From a virus, in the IMG/VR virus record IMGVR_UViG_3300021405_000010, positions 13,712 through 77,711 of that record: 64,000 nucleotides of DNA; one strand, written 5' to 3'. This document shows, piece after piece, positions 9,386 through 18,197 of this stretch (positions within the stretch are counted from its first letter, which is position 1; each line of letters begins with the position of its first letter). The position numbers and the translations under genes were made by a program. A model generated the notes under the pieces. It was not told the origin of the DNA and made no database searches. It saw only the letters and a program-made list of their open reading frames with translations.

Positions 9386-9788
9386 AATGCTCCTGCACCA
9401 CTTTGGTCACGCCTTCTTTAAGAGAATCTTCCCACTCCCGCTGTTTGGGGGTGAGCCGCTCGCGCCGGGCCCGTTCCTTGGCGAGGCGCTTGGCCTCCCT
9501 GGACAGGCTCCCAGCCGCGATCAGGGTGGGCACCTTCTTGCGCTTGACCAGGGTGTAGTACTCGGTGCGCTGGATCATGGCAAGGTACTGGGTGCGGGTG
9601 GGCGGCGGATAACGGTCCAGGTGCGCCTGGAGGAATTCTCCGAAGTGTTTACTGCCAGATCCGGCGCGCAACCGCTCGATTGTATCGTGCCGGAGCACGC
9701 AGGTAATTTGCCCAAAGTGCGCCTTATCGGGCTTTGGGGGCCTTCCGTGGTGAGTGTCGTTGTTGATTTTTTTTGATTTGGTCGGCAT
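9366..9788 (-). CDS. Hypothetical basic protein, possible DNA binder
   Basis: GRPPK AT-hook-like plus RHH-like segment; start revised. Confidence 0.55.
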   Translation of the reverse strand: MPTKSKKINNDTHHGRPPKPDKAHFGQITCVLRHDTIERLRAGSGSKHFGEFLQAHLDRYPPPTRTQYLAMIQRTEYYTLVKRKKVPTLIAAGSLSREAKRLAKERARRERLTPKQREWEDSLKEGVTKVVQEHYAGHSS

Positions 9789-9905
9789 AAAAAAGTCGGG
9801 TGTAAAATGTGCGCAAAGCGGTGGGATCAATTATCTCTCCAGACTGGCCATTGGCCAGCAGGAAACTTATCCCGCTGGCTCGTGCGCCTTCAAGCGAGCG
9901 CCAGT

Positions 9906-10412
9906 CTAGCGCGCCGTGGCGGACGTAGTTGCCCATTCGACTGACTCCAGGACTTCCAGCAGTTTCTCGATGGTCTCGTGGCCGTTGATCCGGATCGAGT
10001 TGGTGTACTCGGAATTAAACGGGTCATGATAGCTGCGGCCAGTGGCCGGTGCGGCGAGGCCGGTGATCTCGTAGAGCTTGGCTTGGAGCCGCGCCTGGAC
10101 GGCCTCCTCGTGGGCCTGGGTCTCTTTGCGGATCCTGTCCGCCTCTTCCTGCTTGGCCTTCAGCTCGGCGTGCTCCTGGTAGGGACTGATCACGGCCTCG
10201 GGGCTAACTGAGCGGGTGCGATCCTCGTCGGTGCCCGGCATGTCGCCTTCCGCGATTATTCCGATGATCGTGTTGGTGGTATCGCCCGGGCTGCCCTTCT
10301 TCTGGGTGCGGCGTGTCACGCTCTGGATCTCTGTCACCTTGAACCGGACGGTGCCGTGGTTGGGCGTGTTAACGGCGTAGAGGTCGCCAATGACGATCTT
10401 GGATGTTTGCAT
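9906..10412 (-). CDS. Hypothetical early protein
   Basis: ORF in operon. Confidence 0.65.
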   Translation of the reverse strand: MQTSKIVIGDLYAVNTPNHGTVRFKVTEIQSVTRRTQKKGSPGDTTNTIIGIIAEGDMPGTDEDRTRSVSPEAVISPYQEHAELKAKQEEADRIRKETQAHEEAVQARLQAKLYEITGLAAPATGRSYHDPFNSEYTNSIRINGHETIEKLLEVLESVEWATTSATAR

Positions 10413-10615
10413 TAGGCGACTGCTCCCGGTTGCTGCAACAGTGCGGCGATGTTGTATTCGGCTTTGGCTATCCTGCGGGTAGCTTCCACTCGTGCTTCAG
10501 GACATTTCGTACACCCGTATTGATCACGGTTAGCGTCGATGATGGCGATCCGGGCGGTTTCTTCCGCGATGATGCGGATATTCTTGGCAATTGCTTTGGC
10601 GAATTTAGCTTGCAT
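10412..10615 (-). CDS. Hypothetical protein
   Basis: TAATG-coupled. Confidence 0.55.
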   Translation of the reverse strand: MQAKFAKAIAKNIRIIAEETARIAIIDANRDQYGCTKCPEARVEATRRIAKAEYNIAALLQQPGAVA

Positions 10616-10651
10616 AAAAAAAGGTTAGCCGGAGGGATAGAACCTCCGGCT
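10616..10651 (-). terminator. Intrinsic terminator-like hairpin
   Basis: agccggagg/cctccggct stem (10627-10651) followed on - strand by aaccttttttt. Confidence 0.6.
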
Positions 10652-10668
10652 GGTGTAAAGCATGCTTT

Positions 10669-11469
10669 TTAGTTTTTGCTGAACAGCTCAGCGCACTCCC
10701 AGAGCTGGGTGTTGATCCGCGCTGACTCGGTGATCGACTTGATCGCCCGGGCCTTGCGTGCGCTCGACCACTCGGTGCCGTTCTGGACCAGCCGGTAGAT
10801 CGGGTAGCCGCCCCGCAGGAGCCACTCCTGGGCCCGGTTAAACACGCGCCAGAGGTCAGCGCCGTCATCCTCGTACCGCTGGCTGGCGAGGATGTCCTCG
10901 ATCGCTACAGTGCCGTCTGGCTCGTCGCCGTGCCGGATCTGGATGGCTTGGCGGACGAACTCGGTGGCGGCGGCTGGGGACATCTCGGTCTCCTTGAACT
11001 TGCGGATATGGGTGGCGATCTGGTCCACGTTCTCGCGGTAGGACTGAGCGACCAGGACGATCTCCTCGATCGTCTTATTGCCCCGGTGCGGGATCGTGAC
11101 GGATTGGACCAAGCCCTCGGGCACTCGCATGCCATTCTTGCAGATCAGGCGTTCCAGCCCGGCCTGCATCCGGAAGGCTCCAGAGCCATCGTGGGCGTTG
11201 CCCAGGTAGAACTGGGGTTTGACATCCCCCACGTTCTTCATCTGGATCGCCGGATCGCTCAAGGTGATCTCGTGCCGGGCGAAGAGCGGATTGCGTGACC
11301 GGCTGTAGGATTGTTTGGCATCGACGACTGCCCAGTTGTCCTTGACCAGGACTTCGAGCACGTCGCGGGTGGAGATGAAGTTGTACGACTCGGAAGTCGT
11401 AATAATGTTGCGCGCGGTCGCTAAAGCGGCTGGCGCGCGTCGGAGTAGGTTGGTATCTAGAACTTGCAT
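10669..11469 (-). CDS. DUF932/DUF945 family protein
   Basis: YNFISTRDVL...NAHDGSGAFRMQAGLERLICKNG...DLWRVFNRAQE...INTQLW. Confidence 0.88.
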   Translation of the reverse strand: MQVLDTNLLRRAPAALATARNIITTSESYNFISTRDVLEVLVKDNWAVVDAKQSYSRSRNPLFARHEITLSDPAIQMKNVGDVKPQFYLGNAHDGSGAFRMQAGLERLICKNGMRVPEGLVQSVTIPHRGNKTIEEIVLVAQSYRENVDQIATHIRKFKETEMSPAAATEFVRQAIQIRHGDEPDGTVAIEDILASQRYEDDGADLWRVFNRAQEWLLRGGYPIYRLVQNGTEWSSARKARAIKSITESARINTQLWECAELFSKN

Positions 11470-11475
11470 ACGGGT

Positions 11476-11504
11476 ATTCTCAATTAGGAAATGATGTTTG
11501 TCAA
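11476..11504 (-). promoter_or_regulatory. sigma70-like, probably leaderless promoter with CCTAATT operator in spacer
   Basis: TTGACA-17-GAGAAT, 6 nt before ATG. Confidence 0.65.
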
Positions 11505-11852
11505 GTGGGAAAGTTTATTGCCGTTTGCTGGCTTCGTATTCGGCTATTTCGGCGGCAATGCCGAGAGTCGGGGCCGAGCCAAGCGGATCCGGCCACCAGG
11601 GAGTGGCAGGCCCGATGCGCCAGAGGTCATGATAATAAAACTTCCCATCCATCTGGGAGACGCCCATTCCGATGCGCTCAAAGAGCCAGCGGGGGATCTG
11701 TCGCTTCCCCGGCTTTCTCGCAACGCGGCTCCGCTCTCTCTTGGCCTTGGTTTTCCCCGATATCTTGACTGTCGGGATTTTGGCGATCAGGGCGCTCAAC
11801 TGTACGCCGTTGATCCTCGACTCTTTTCCATTCTGGATTCATAAGTATGTTT

Positions 11853-12380
11853 TTACGCGAAGACCAGGATAACGCCCTCGGTCTCAAGGGTGATCACTAT
11901 CTTGATTTTTCGGTTGGCTCGGATCTCTTCAATCACGTCCCGGTGCCGGATCCGGTTGCAGATCCTGGCAATGAAAACACCGCCCGGCTCCAGGTAGGGC
12001 TCCAGGCGTTTGAGCAGGGCTGGAACGCTCCTGGCGTAGTAGATCGATTCCCGGAAGAGGATCACGTCGTATTTGCGCGTCGGCAGGTAGCCATCCATGT
12101 CCGCAACCTGGAACTGGTGTTGAGGATTTCTGGCCATGGCTTTAGCAATAGCCTCTTTGGCGAAGTCCACTCCGGTGTAGGTGGTGAACGCCATCTCGGC
12201 AGGCGTGCGGCCCGAGCCGCATCCGATCTCCAGGACTGAGCCAGGGTATCTCTGGAGCACTGGATAGATAGGGTCACCCTTGGTCTCCTGGTCCCAGGCG
12301 TCAGTCTTAAACTCCTGGTTCCAGGCGGTGGCCTTGGCCCCCAATGTTTTCAGTATTCTGCTGATCAACTTCATAAGCAT
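11853..12380 (-). CDS. Class I SAM-dependent methyltransferase
   Basis: VLEIGCGSG, YTGVDF, FQVADM, YDVILFRESIYY, LEPGGVF. Confidence 0.88.
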   Translation of the reverse strand: MLMKLISRILKTLGAKATAWNQEFKTDAWDQETKGDPIYPVLQRYPGSVLEIGCGSGRTPAEMAFTTYTGVDFAKEAIAKAMARNPQHQFQVADMDGYLPTRKYDVILFRESIYYARSVPALLKRLEPYLEPGGVFIARICNRIRHRDVIEEIRANRKIKIVITLETEGVILVFA

Positions 12381-12385
12381 GCTTT

Positions 12386-12583
12386 TTACAGGCTCCTCCA
12401 ATTCCTCTTGCACCGTTGGAGCCAGTTCTCCCGGGCGATGGCAGCGCGCTCAGCGTCTTCCTGGTCTTCCCTGGCGCGTTGCGCGGGGCCTAGACCCTGT
12501 CGCCGGATCTGTTCCAGCAGTTCGTTAGTCTCCTCCTGCTGTGCGCGAATGCTCCGCAGTTGGAAAAATTCAATCAGGCTCAT
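12386..12583 (-). CDS. Hypothetical protein; shares QxETNxLL...PAQxARE motif with 47140..47337
   Basis: Visual alignment. Confidence 0.55.
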   Translation of the reverse strand: MSLIEFFQLRSIRAQQEETNELLEQIRRQGLGPAQRAREDQEDAERAAIARENWLQRCKRNWRSL

Positions 12584-12586
12584 AAA

Positions 12587-12766
12587 TCAGGTATTTTGAT
12601 CGTAGCTGCGTTCGTCCTCGTAATCGACCTGGGAGTCGAGCTGCATCCAGGCTTCTTTGAGGGCATGGCTGATGTTGGGGTACTGGCCTTCTTGGTCGTC
12701 GATCAGGTCGATCGCCTCTTGGACCAGCTGGGCCGCGCGTTCAAGGCGTTCAAAGTTGGTGATCAT
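12587..12766 (-). CDS. Hypothetical acidic protein (59 aa)
   Basis: Manual translation MITNFERLERAAQLVQEAIDLIDDQEG...; ATGA-coupled. Confidence 0.6.
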   Translation of the reverse strand: MITNFERLERAAQLVQEAIDLIDDQEGQYPNISHALKEAWMQLDSQVDYEDERSYDQNT

Positions 12767-12843
12767 AGGTTGACGATGTCGTCAAAGATTTGCTTGATCG
12801 CCCGGTAGGCGATGTAGAAGAAGAGGAGGACGAGAATAGACAT
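12763..12843 (-). CDS. 26-aa TM micro-protein MSILVLLFFYIAYRAIKQIFDDIVNL
   Basis: Manual translation; directly after TTTACC-17-TATAAT. Confidence 0.55.
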   Translation of the reverse strand: MSILVLLFFYIAYRAIKQIFDDIVNL

Positions 12844-12848
12844 ATGAT

Positions 12849-12877
12849 ATTATACGGTTGTTTCCTGATTAGGTAAA
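12849..12877 (-). promoter_or_regulatory. sigma70-like leaderless promoter with CCTGATTAGG operator
   Basis: TTTACC-17-TATAAT, 5 nt before ATG. Confidence 0.7.
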
Positions 12878-13062
12878 GCGATGTGTTTAGTCTCCCGGTG
12901 ATTCTTCTGGCGGCAGGCGTCAGAGCAGAACCACCGATCGATCCGCGAGCCCGGCGGTAAGGGGCCATTGCACTGCAGGCATTCTCGTGGGTTCTCGGTC
13001 TCAAATTCGGCGCGTTTAGCCGCGCGCCATCGGCGTTTGTATTCGGCCCGGCGGCGAGCCAT
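12850..13062 (-). CDS. Zinc-finger protein
   Basis: CLQC...FCSDACRQK. Confidence 0.65.
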   Translation of the reverse strand: MARRRAEYKRRWRAAKRAEFETENPRECLQCNGPLPPGSRIDRWFCSDACRQKNHRETKHIALPNQETTV

Positions 13063-13066
13063 TACT

Positions 13067-13315
13067 TTAGTCCGCTTGGTAGTTGAAGTAGAAGCGCGGC
13101 ATGTGCTGGAATTCCAAGCTGCCCTTCTGGCCGGTCACCTTGTCTCTGACAACCACGTAGGGAGCCATAAAGCCGATCACCTCATACTGAGAGGCGCGCA
13201 GCTCGTCGGTGCTCCATACTTGGCCGTAGAGGGCTTCCAGCTCGGCCCGTGGGCCAGCTTCACTGTTCAGCTCGGCTTGGCGAGCACGTCGGATTGATTC
13301 GGTTTCGTCTTGCAT
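13067..13315 (-). CDS. Hypothetical phage protein
   Basis: GFMAPYVVVR...KGSLEFQHMPRFYF; cgtATG start. Confidence 0.7.
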   Translation of the reverse strand: MQDETESIRRARQAELNSEAGPRAELEALYGQVWSTDELRASQYEVIGFMAPYVVVRDKVTGQKGSLEFQHMPRFYFNYQAD

Positions 13316-13329
13316 ACGTTCCTTTTGGT

Positions 13330-13647
13330 TTACTTGGTTTTGGCCCACTGATCGAGGGCATCGCAGCAGGTGCGAAGCTGCGATCCGCGCCCGTACTTGG
13401 CCTGATACTTCACACCCAGGTGATCACAGATCTGCATGGCCAGATCATGGGCATCGGCTCCCCTGGCGCTTTTGGCACCGTCATGGAGAGTCAGGCCCTT
13501 GGGTTCATTCGGGCTGGCGTAGGCGATGTAGGTGACAGGCGTGAGCCCGAAAGGCTCGGCCAGCTTTTGCGCGCCTTCCTCAGAGAGGAAAGCGTGGTCG
13601 TATTGGCGAAGCTCGTCGATCGCCTTGGTGAGTTTGTCGTTTGGCAT
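13330..13647 (-). CDS. Hypothetical protein
   Basis: ORF in operon. Confidence 0.65.
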   Translation of the reverse strand: MPNDKLTKAIDELRQYDHAFLSEEGAQKLAEPFGLTPVTYIAYASPNEPKGLTLHDGAKSARGADAHDLAMQICDHLGVKYQAKYGRGSQLRTCCDALDQWAKTK

Positions 13648-13726
13648 TTGGTTGGTTTGGCGGCTGGGTTGAAGTCGCGCCTAGCAGCCCCGCTGGCGTG
13701 CCTGTGGGGCTGCTGTGGCGCGTTTG

Positions 13727-13999
13727 TCAGGCATTCTTGAGGATTGTCCTGACGTGAACCGGCTTGATGACTCCTGGGCCGCCGTAGGCCTCCGCGAGGT
13801 AGTCAAGGGTGCGCGGCATGAAATGATTGGAATAGACGGCTGTGGTGAGCGGCCTGATCGCCTTATAGTGGACTCGGTCCTGGGCGTTGAGGGCCGCCAC
13901 CATTGTATAGTGACGGCTGATGACGGCTCCCAGCCATCCGGGCCCACGCGGAGCGTAGTCAGGGTTGATCAGGATGTAGTAGGTTTTCATGGAAGGCAT
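13727..13999 (-). CDS. Hypothetical protein
   Basis: ORF in operon. Confidence 0.55.
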   Translation of the reverse strand: MPSMKTYYILINPDYAPRGPGWLGAVISRHYTMVAALNAQDRVHYKAIRPLTTAVYSNHFMPRTLDYLAEAYGGPGVIKPVHVRTILKNA

Positions 14000-14043
14000 G
14001 CTTTTGGTTGTGGGGCCCGGTTGCCCGGGCCCGTGTTACGGCT

Positions 14044-14487
14044 CTACAGGTCCAGCCCCATCAGCTCGCGGCAATATTGGCCCAGGCCGGAGTCAATCGA
14101 CTCAGGGACAGTCAGCGTGCGGCCACAGCGTCCACAGCGGCCTTCATGGCGGATCACCAGCTGAGCCGGGATTGCATCGCCATGGTCGAAGTTCCAGAAG
14201 TAGTTGAAGGCCTTCCAGCTGGGGGCATCGATGCTGACTCGTGAGTTCTTGGTCAGCATGAAACGGCCATCGCGGATCAGGCCCAGGTAGCGGAAATCGT
14301 TCTCGTTGTCGGGCCCGGAGAGGAGGTTGACGAAGTGGACCGTGTCGCGGCCTTCCTCGGATTTCTCGCGCACCTTGAAGGTGAAATGCGCGCCGGTTTT
14401 CAGGCTCTCCAGCGTGATGGTGGCGTTGCCTGCCAGCGTGAACGTCTTGGCGTCAGCGATGCTGGCGAAGTGGTGGTTGACTTGCAT
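14044..14487 (-). CDS. DUF6011 domain protein
   Basis: CGRCGRTLTVPESIDSGLGQYC. Confidence 0.85.
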   Translation of the reverse strand: MQVNHHFASIADAKTFTLAGNATITLESLKTGAHFTFKVREKSEEGRDTVHFVNLLSGPDNENDFRYLGLIRDGRFMLTKNSRVSIDAPSWKAFNYFWNFDHGDAIPAQLVIRHEGRCGRCGRTLTVPESIDSGLGQYCRELMGLDL

Positions 14488-14537
14488 ACGATTTTGGGGT
14501 GGGTTTGGGGCCCCCTCGGAGAGCCCCGGTTAAAAGT

Positions 14538-14771
14538 TTAGGAGTGAAAACCGGCGGCGTTCAGCGCGCTATTGGTGCGGAGCAGGAAGGTCGCGGCGGA
14601 CTTGAGATTCTTGCGGGATTGCTCCAGCCAGTACCGCCGGTCAGCGTTCAGCTCGTGGGCGATCGCGACATTGAGCAGATGCACCATGCCGTCCAGGGCT
14701 TCCTGGGCGGTGGTGTTGGGGGTTTGCCAGTCAGTGACTAGGCTTTCGTAGTTGGAAACAGGAACTTGCAT
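14538..14771 (-). CDS. Hypothetical protein
   Basis: cgtATG start below operator/promoter. Confidence 0.6.
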   Translation of the reverse strand: MQVPVSNYESLVTDWQTPNTTAQEALDGMVHLLNVAIAHELNADRRYWLEQSRKNLKSAATFLLRTNSALNAAGFHS

Positions 14772-14810
14772 ACGGGTATATAACGACACTTTCCTAATTA
14801 GGTAAAGCGA

Positions 14811-14996
14811 TTATTTGTGATGGAGCAAAGATATTTGATGGGTGGCCTTGGAGATGGCGACAATGGCCAGCTCGAAGGCTTTCAGGCCAGCGTCCTCTTC
14901 CCCCATCAGAAAACAGTCACGAGCAGTCTGGGCCCGATCGATTAGCACCACCAGGGCCGCGTCAAGCATCTCGGGATCAAATTGATCAGCTTTCAT
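14811..14996 (-). CDS. Hypothetical protein
   Basis: ATGA-coupled to acyltransferase. Confidence 0.55.
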   Translation of the reverse strand: MKADQFDPEMLDAALVVLIDRAQTARDCFLMGEEDAGLKAFELAIVAISKATHQISLLHHK

Positions 14997-15928
14997 TTGC
15001 CGCCCCCGCTGAGCCGTTTACCCAAGCTAATCCCAGGCCGCTCGACCAGGGCGTAAAGCACAAGCGAGAGGCCGTAAACGACCGGCACACAGATCACCAA
15101 AGTAAGACCGGCTCTCTCAATCGTGGACCAGTTGCGCGGGATAACCCTAGTAATCAGGGCCAGCACCGGGTAATGGATCAGGTAGGTTGAGTAACTGATC
15201 TCACCCAGACGCACGAGCCAGGGCGCATAGTGGTACATCGTGGTAGGCCGGTTCTTGGTCGAGAAGAGATAGATCAGCGCCCCGGCCAAAAAGAAAAAGA
15301 ACTTCTGCGGCAAAAAGCCGCCGGAGCCCAGCCAGTAGATACTGACGCGCGAGGCCACCGGAGCCATCAGGAAAACGGCGCTGGGGACGCCAACAAGTAA
15401 GGCACCTTTTAAGCCCGTTCTGGACAGCCACCAGATGAGTAGCGGTGCGACGAGGTAGAGCTGGAATTCGAGACTGATACTCCAGGCTGGGACCAGGAAG
15501 GCGTACTGGCTCATCGGCAGCCAGATAGTGGGGATAAGGCCATGGAGCAACACCGCATGAGCCGCCAAGTGCCACCAGAAGAAATGGTTCTCACTCTGTT
15601 CAATCAGGGGGTTAGTGGGCGACTGGATCGCGCCCACGGTCAAGGGGCGAACGGCCAGTGAGATGAGCAGACAGACCAGGAAGACGGGAAAGAGCCGCAT
15701 GAAGCGGCGGAAGATAAAGACGCCGTAGCTCTCGCGCTTGGTCAGGATCAATTGCGTGATGACAAAGCCTGAGAGGATGATAAAGCCCTCGACAGCTGAC
15801 TCGCCAATTCTCCTCTGGGTTTCGCCCTGGATTCCACTGACCCAGGCGACGTGGACCATGACGACGGCCCAGGCCAGGATGCCTCGCAGGACATCGAGGG
15901 TGTAATTGCGGTTGGATTGATTTTGCAT
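14993..15928 (-). CDS. Acyltransferase family 3 (OafA-like membrane O-acyltransferase)
   Basis: LDVLRG, FIILSGFVI, RRFMRLFP, AWSISLEFQLY, GEISYSTYLIHYP, VERP. Confidence 0.92.
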   Translation of the reverse strand: MQNQSNRNYTLDVLRGILAWAVVMVHVAWVSGIQGETQRRIGESAVEGFIILSGFVITQLILTKRESYGVFIFRRFMRLFPVFLVCLLISLAVRPLTVGAIQSPTNPLIEQSENHFFWWHLAAHAVLLHGLIPTIWLPMSQYAFLVPAWSISLEFQLYLVAPLLIWWLSRTGLKGALLVGVPSAVFLMAPVASRVSIYWLGSGGFLPQKFFFFLAGALIYLFSTKNRPTTMYHYAPWLVRLGEISYSTYLIHYPVLALITRVIPRNWSTIERAGLTLVICVPVVYGLSLVLYALVERPGISLGKRLSGGGK

Positions 15929-16136
15929 GTTGTTAAACGTTGAGCATGAGTGACTTATATTGTTTATAATTTCTAACAAAAACGGCCCTTTTTCGCCCGG
16001 CCACAAAGGCCCCTAATCGCCTCGCTGGCGCGTCGGAGCAACGTTGTGATAGATTGGACGTCTTTTATGCCCAACGTTTGTACGGGGCTCCTGGAGCGTT
16101 TAAAGGCCATATCGACTTTTAGCAAATTTGGGCAGT

Positions 16137-16232
16137 TTAGCCCCACCATTTGGTCCAGAGAATGACGCCCACGAGCGGCCCCAGGAGCAGCAGCAGCAGG
16201 GGCACCACGGCGTGAAGGAATTGGCTCATCAT
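16137..16232 (-). CDS. Small TM protein (31 aa)
   Basis: MMSQFLHAVVPLLLLLLGPLVGVILWTKWWG; ATGA-coupled. Confidence 0.5.
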   Translation of the reverse strand: MMSQFLHAVVPLLLLLLGPLVGVILWTKWWG

Positions 16233-16402
16233 AGCGGCCCAGTGGCCCAGGTTAAAAAATAGACTGCCCCCAGGATCAGGAAGCCCCACAGGATCGGCCA
16301 GCGGAGCCACCACATGACTTGGAGCATGCAGCCCAGGACCAGAGCAACACCGGCCAGGAACAAGCCAGAAAGCAGAAAGGTAAGCAGGTCGGGGTGGTTC
16401 AT
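16229..16402 (-). CDS. Two-TM membrane protein
   Basis: Hydrophobic; ATGA-coupled. Confidence 0.6.
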   Translation of the reverse strand: MNHPDLLTFLLSGLFLAGVALVLGCMLQVMWWLRWPILWGFLILGAVYFLTWATGPL

Positions 16403-16683
16403 TTGTAGCCGCCCTCCTGGCCGAAGCACCGCTTGCAGCGATGCACTCTATATTTAGGCAGCTCGGCGTGTTCACTCTGGTAAGCGCCCATCTTGCGGCC
16501 TGTGCATTTGGCGACGTAGTAGACCCAGGCGATCAGGTGCGAGCGTTCGTAGCGCACCTCCTTGCGCACGCCCAGGTGATAAACGCCCCGGTCAGAGTAG
16601 AGGAAGGCGGTGGCCGGTTTGGCGTCTTCACGCGCATGCTTGGCCAGCTTCTCCGGCGTGACGGTTTCCAGTGGCTCGTTCAT
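16399..16683 (-). CDS. Hypothetical protein
   Basis: ATGA-coupled. Confidence 0.6.
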   Translation of the reverse strand: MNEPLETVTPEKLAKHAREDAKPATAFLYSDRGVYHLGVRKEVRYERSHLIAWVYYVAKCTGRKMGAYQSEHAELPKYRVHRCKRCFGQEGGYK

Positions 16684-16886
16684 CGCTTGATGCTCCGAAG
16701 CTCGTTGTACTTGTCCCGGGCAGCTTCCCAGGAGCGGAAATGGACGCCGGTATTGTAATAGCCGATGAAGTAGATCTCTTTATCGGTGTAAAGCCGCTGG
16801 AGGCTCTTATAGGAACAGGAAGCGATCACGCCAGCCTCGGGGGCTGGCGTGTAGTCATTCGGAATTTGTTTCTTGAACATTGGCAT
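16680..16886 (-). CDS. Hypothetical protein
   Basis: cgtATG start. Confidence 0.6.
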   Translation of the reverse strand: MPMFKKQIPNDYTPAPEAGVIASCSYKSLQRLYTDKEIYFIGYYNTGVHFRSWEAARDKYNELRSIKR

Positions 16887-16901
16887 ACGATTTGAAGCGA
16901 G

Positions 16902-17174
16902 TTACTTATCCTCCATCCGCGCCCGGTAGATCATGCAGGCCGGGCCTATGATCTCGGTGACGATCTCGCGGTAGAGTGCCTGGGCGGCGGAACGCTGGCC
17001 GTTCCAGTCGTTGGCCGGGCCGTACTCGCCCAGCTCGCACAGGGCGACCCAGGCGGCCTGATCCTGCAGCGTACCGGCCCACATGCAGTTGGCAAAGAGG
17101 CCGATCGAGTATTCCTTATCGGCCAGGAGCGAGGCGGCGGTTTTGTGAGGCTCGATTGTGTAGGTGGTGGTCAT
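16902..17174 (-). CDS. Hypothetical protein
   Basis: ORF in operon. Confidence 0.6.
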   Translation of the reverse strand: MTTTYTIEPHKTAASLLADKEYSIGLFANCMWAGTLQDQAAWVALCELGEYGPANDWNGQRSAAQALYREIVTEIIGPACMIYRARMEDK

Positions 17175-17176
17175 GA

Positions 17177-17437
17177 TTAGCGAACCTCCATGCGACCTTT
17201 GTACGGCTCGGGGTTGGTTTTGCTGAGTTTGAGGTTCTCAGGGCTGGCGTGATACTCAGCCGGGGTGATGCGCTGCAGCTGGTCCCAGCTGTATTCGCTG
17301 GCCCAATCGACGCCGTAGGTGGTGCGCCAAGTGCCGGTATCGCGGTCGTCGTTATGGTAGATGCCACCCAGGCGGCCAACGAGGCCGCTCTCGATGATGC
17401 GGATGTAACAGTTGATTCGGAGTGATTTGTTTTGCAT
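17177..17437 (-). CDS. Hypothetical protein
   Basis: cgtATG start. Confidence 0.6.
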   Translation of the reverse strand: MQNKSLRINCYIRIIESGLVGRLGGIYHNDDRDTGTWRTTYGVDWASEYSWDQLQRITPAEYHASPENLKLSKTNPEPYKGRMEVR

Positions 17438-17447
17438 ACGGAGTTGG

Positions 17448-17576
17448 TTACTTGCGGTTCAGCCAAGCCAGAGCGAGCGAGCGGCTGTCAAAGCGGCCAC
17501 TCAAAGGGGTTTGATGTGAGCCGCGAACGACATACCATCCGCCGAGCAATTTGTTGTAAACGACTTTAGCTTTCAT
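17448..17576 (-). CDS. 42-aa first gene of early operon
   Basis: Manual translation MKAKVVYNKLLGGWYVVRGSHQTPLSGRFDSRSLALAWLNRK. Confidence 0.6.
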   Translation of the reverse strand: MKAKVVYNKLLGGWYVVRGSHQTPLSGRFDSRSLALAWLNRK

Positions 17577-17584
17577 GTACGCTC

Positions 17585-17628
17585 AGATTATATGACGTTA
17601 TACACCTTGTCAAATCCTAATTAGGAAA
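17585..17628 (-). promoter_or_regulatory. Early sigma70-like promoter with TATAACGTCATA and CCTAATTAGG operators
   Basis: TTGACA(17608-17613)-17-TAATCT(17585-17590). Confidence 0.75.
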
Positions 17629-17684
17629 GTCGATAAAATGCCTGTGAAAATGTGGGCATATGACGTTATAAACACGCCCTCCAA

Positions 17685-17750
17685 CTTACGCAAGTGCCTG
17701 CAAATCAGCCGAATTTTCGGCAAATTGCCGAAGTGCCAACGTTGAGCATA
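17685..17750 (+). repeat. 66-bp dispersed repeat copy B
   Basis: cttacgcaagtgcctgcaaatcagccgaattttcggcaaattgccgaagtgccaacgttgagcata. Confidence 0.95.
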
Positions 17751-17757
17751 AAGGTGG

Positions 17758-18180
17758 CTATGATGCCAGTTTATACACCCTCATCATTTGAGGTATAACG
17801 TTATCAATCGCGATCCTGGTGCGCCAGGGCTCAAACATTAAAGCGTGGGCCAAGCGTTCCAGGGGAATCGCGCAATCAAGCATCGCGCCCTGGTCATCCA
17901 GGCCAGTGATAATGCCGTACCCGGCCAAAGGATGGCCGCCGTTGGCCGATTCCATGACCCAGTAGGGATAGACGAAAGGCTGCCTCAAAAGCCCCTCCTC
18001 GTCGACCCAGGCGACGTGGGCTACGCCGTGGGCCATGACGTTTAAGCTTGTCATCTGGACAAACTCACAGTCGAGTAAGAGGCCCAAGCTGAGCCGGTCG
18101 TTGCGGTCCACCCGGATGGGGTAGATTTCCAGCTGGAAGGGATCGATCAGGATGGCCTTGATCTGCGAGGCGTTTTTCAT
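17758..18180 (-). CDS. DUF3846-like protein
   Basis: IKAILIDP...WVDEEGLL...LAGYGIITGLDDQG. Confidence 0.65.
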   Translation of the reverse strand: MKNASQIKAILIDPFQLEIYPIRVDRNDRLSLGLLLDCEFVQMTSLNVMAHGVAHVAWVDEEGLLRQPFVYPYWVMESANGGHPLAGYGIITGLDDQGAMLDCAIPLERLAHALMFEPWRTRIAIDNVIPQMMRVYKLAS

Positions 18181-18197
18181 TTACTTCTACTCTCGGA

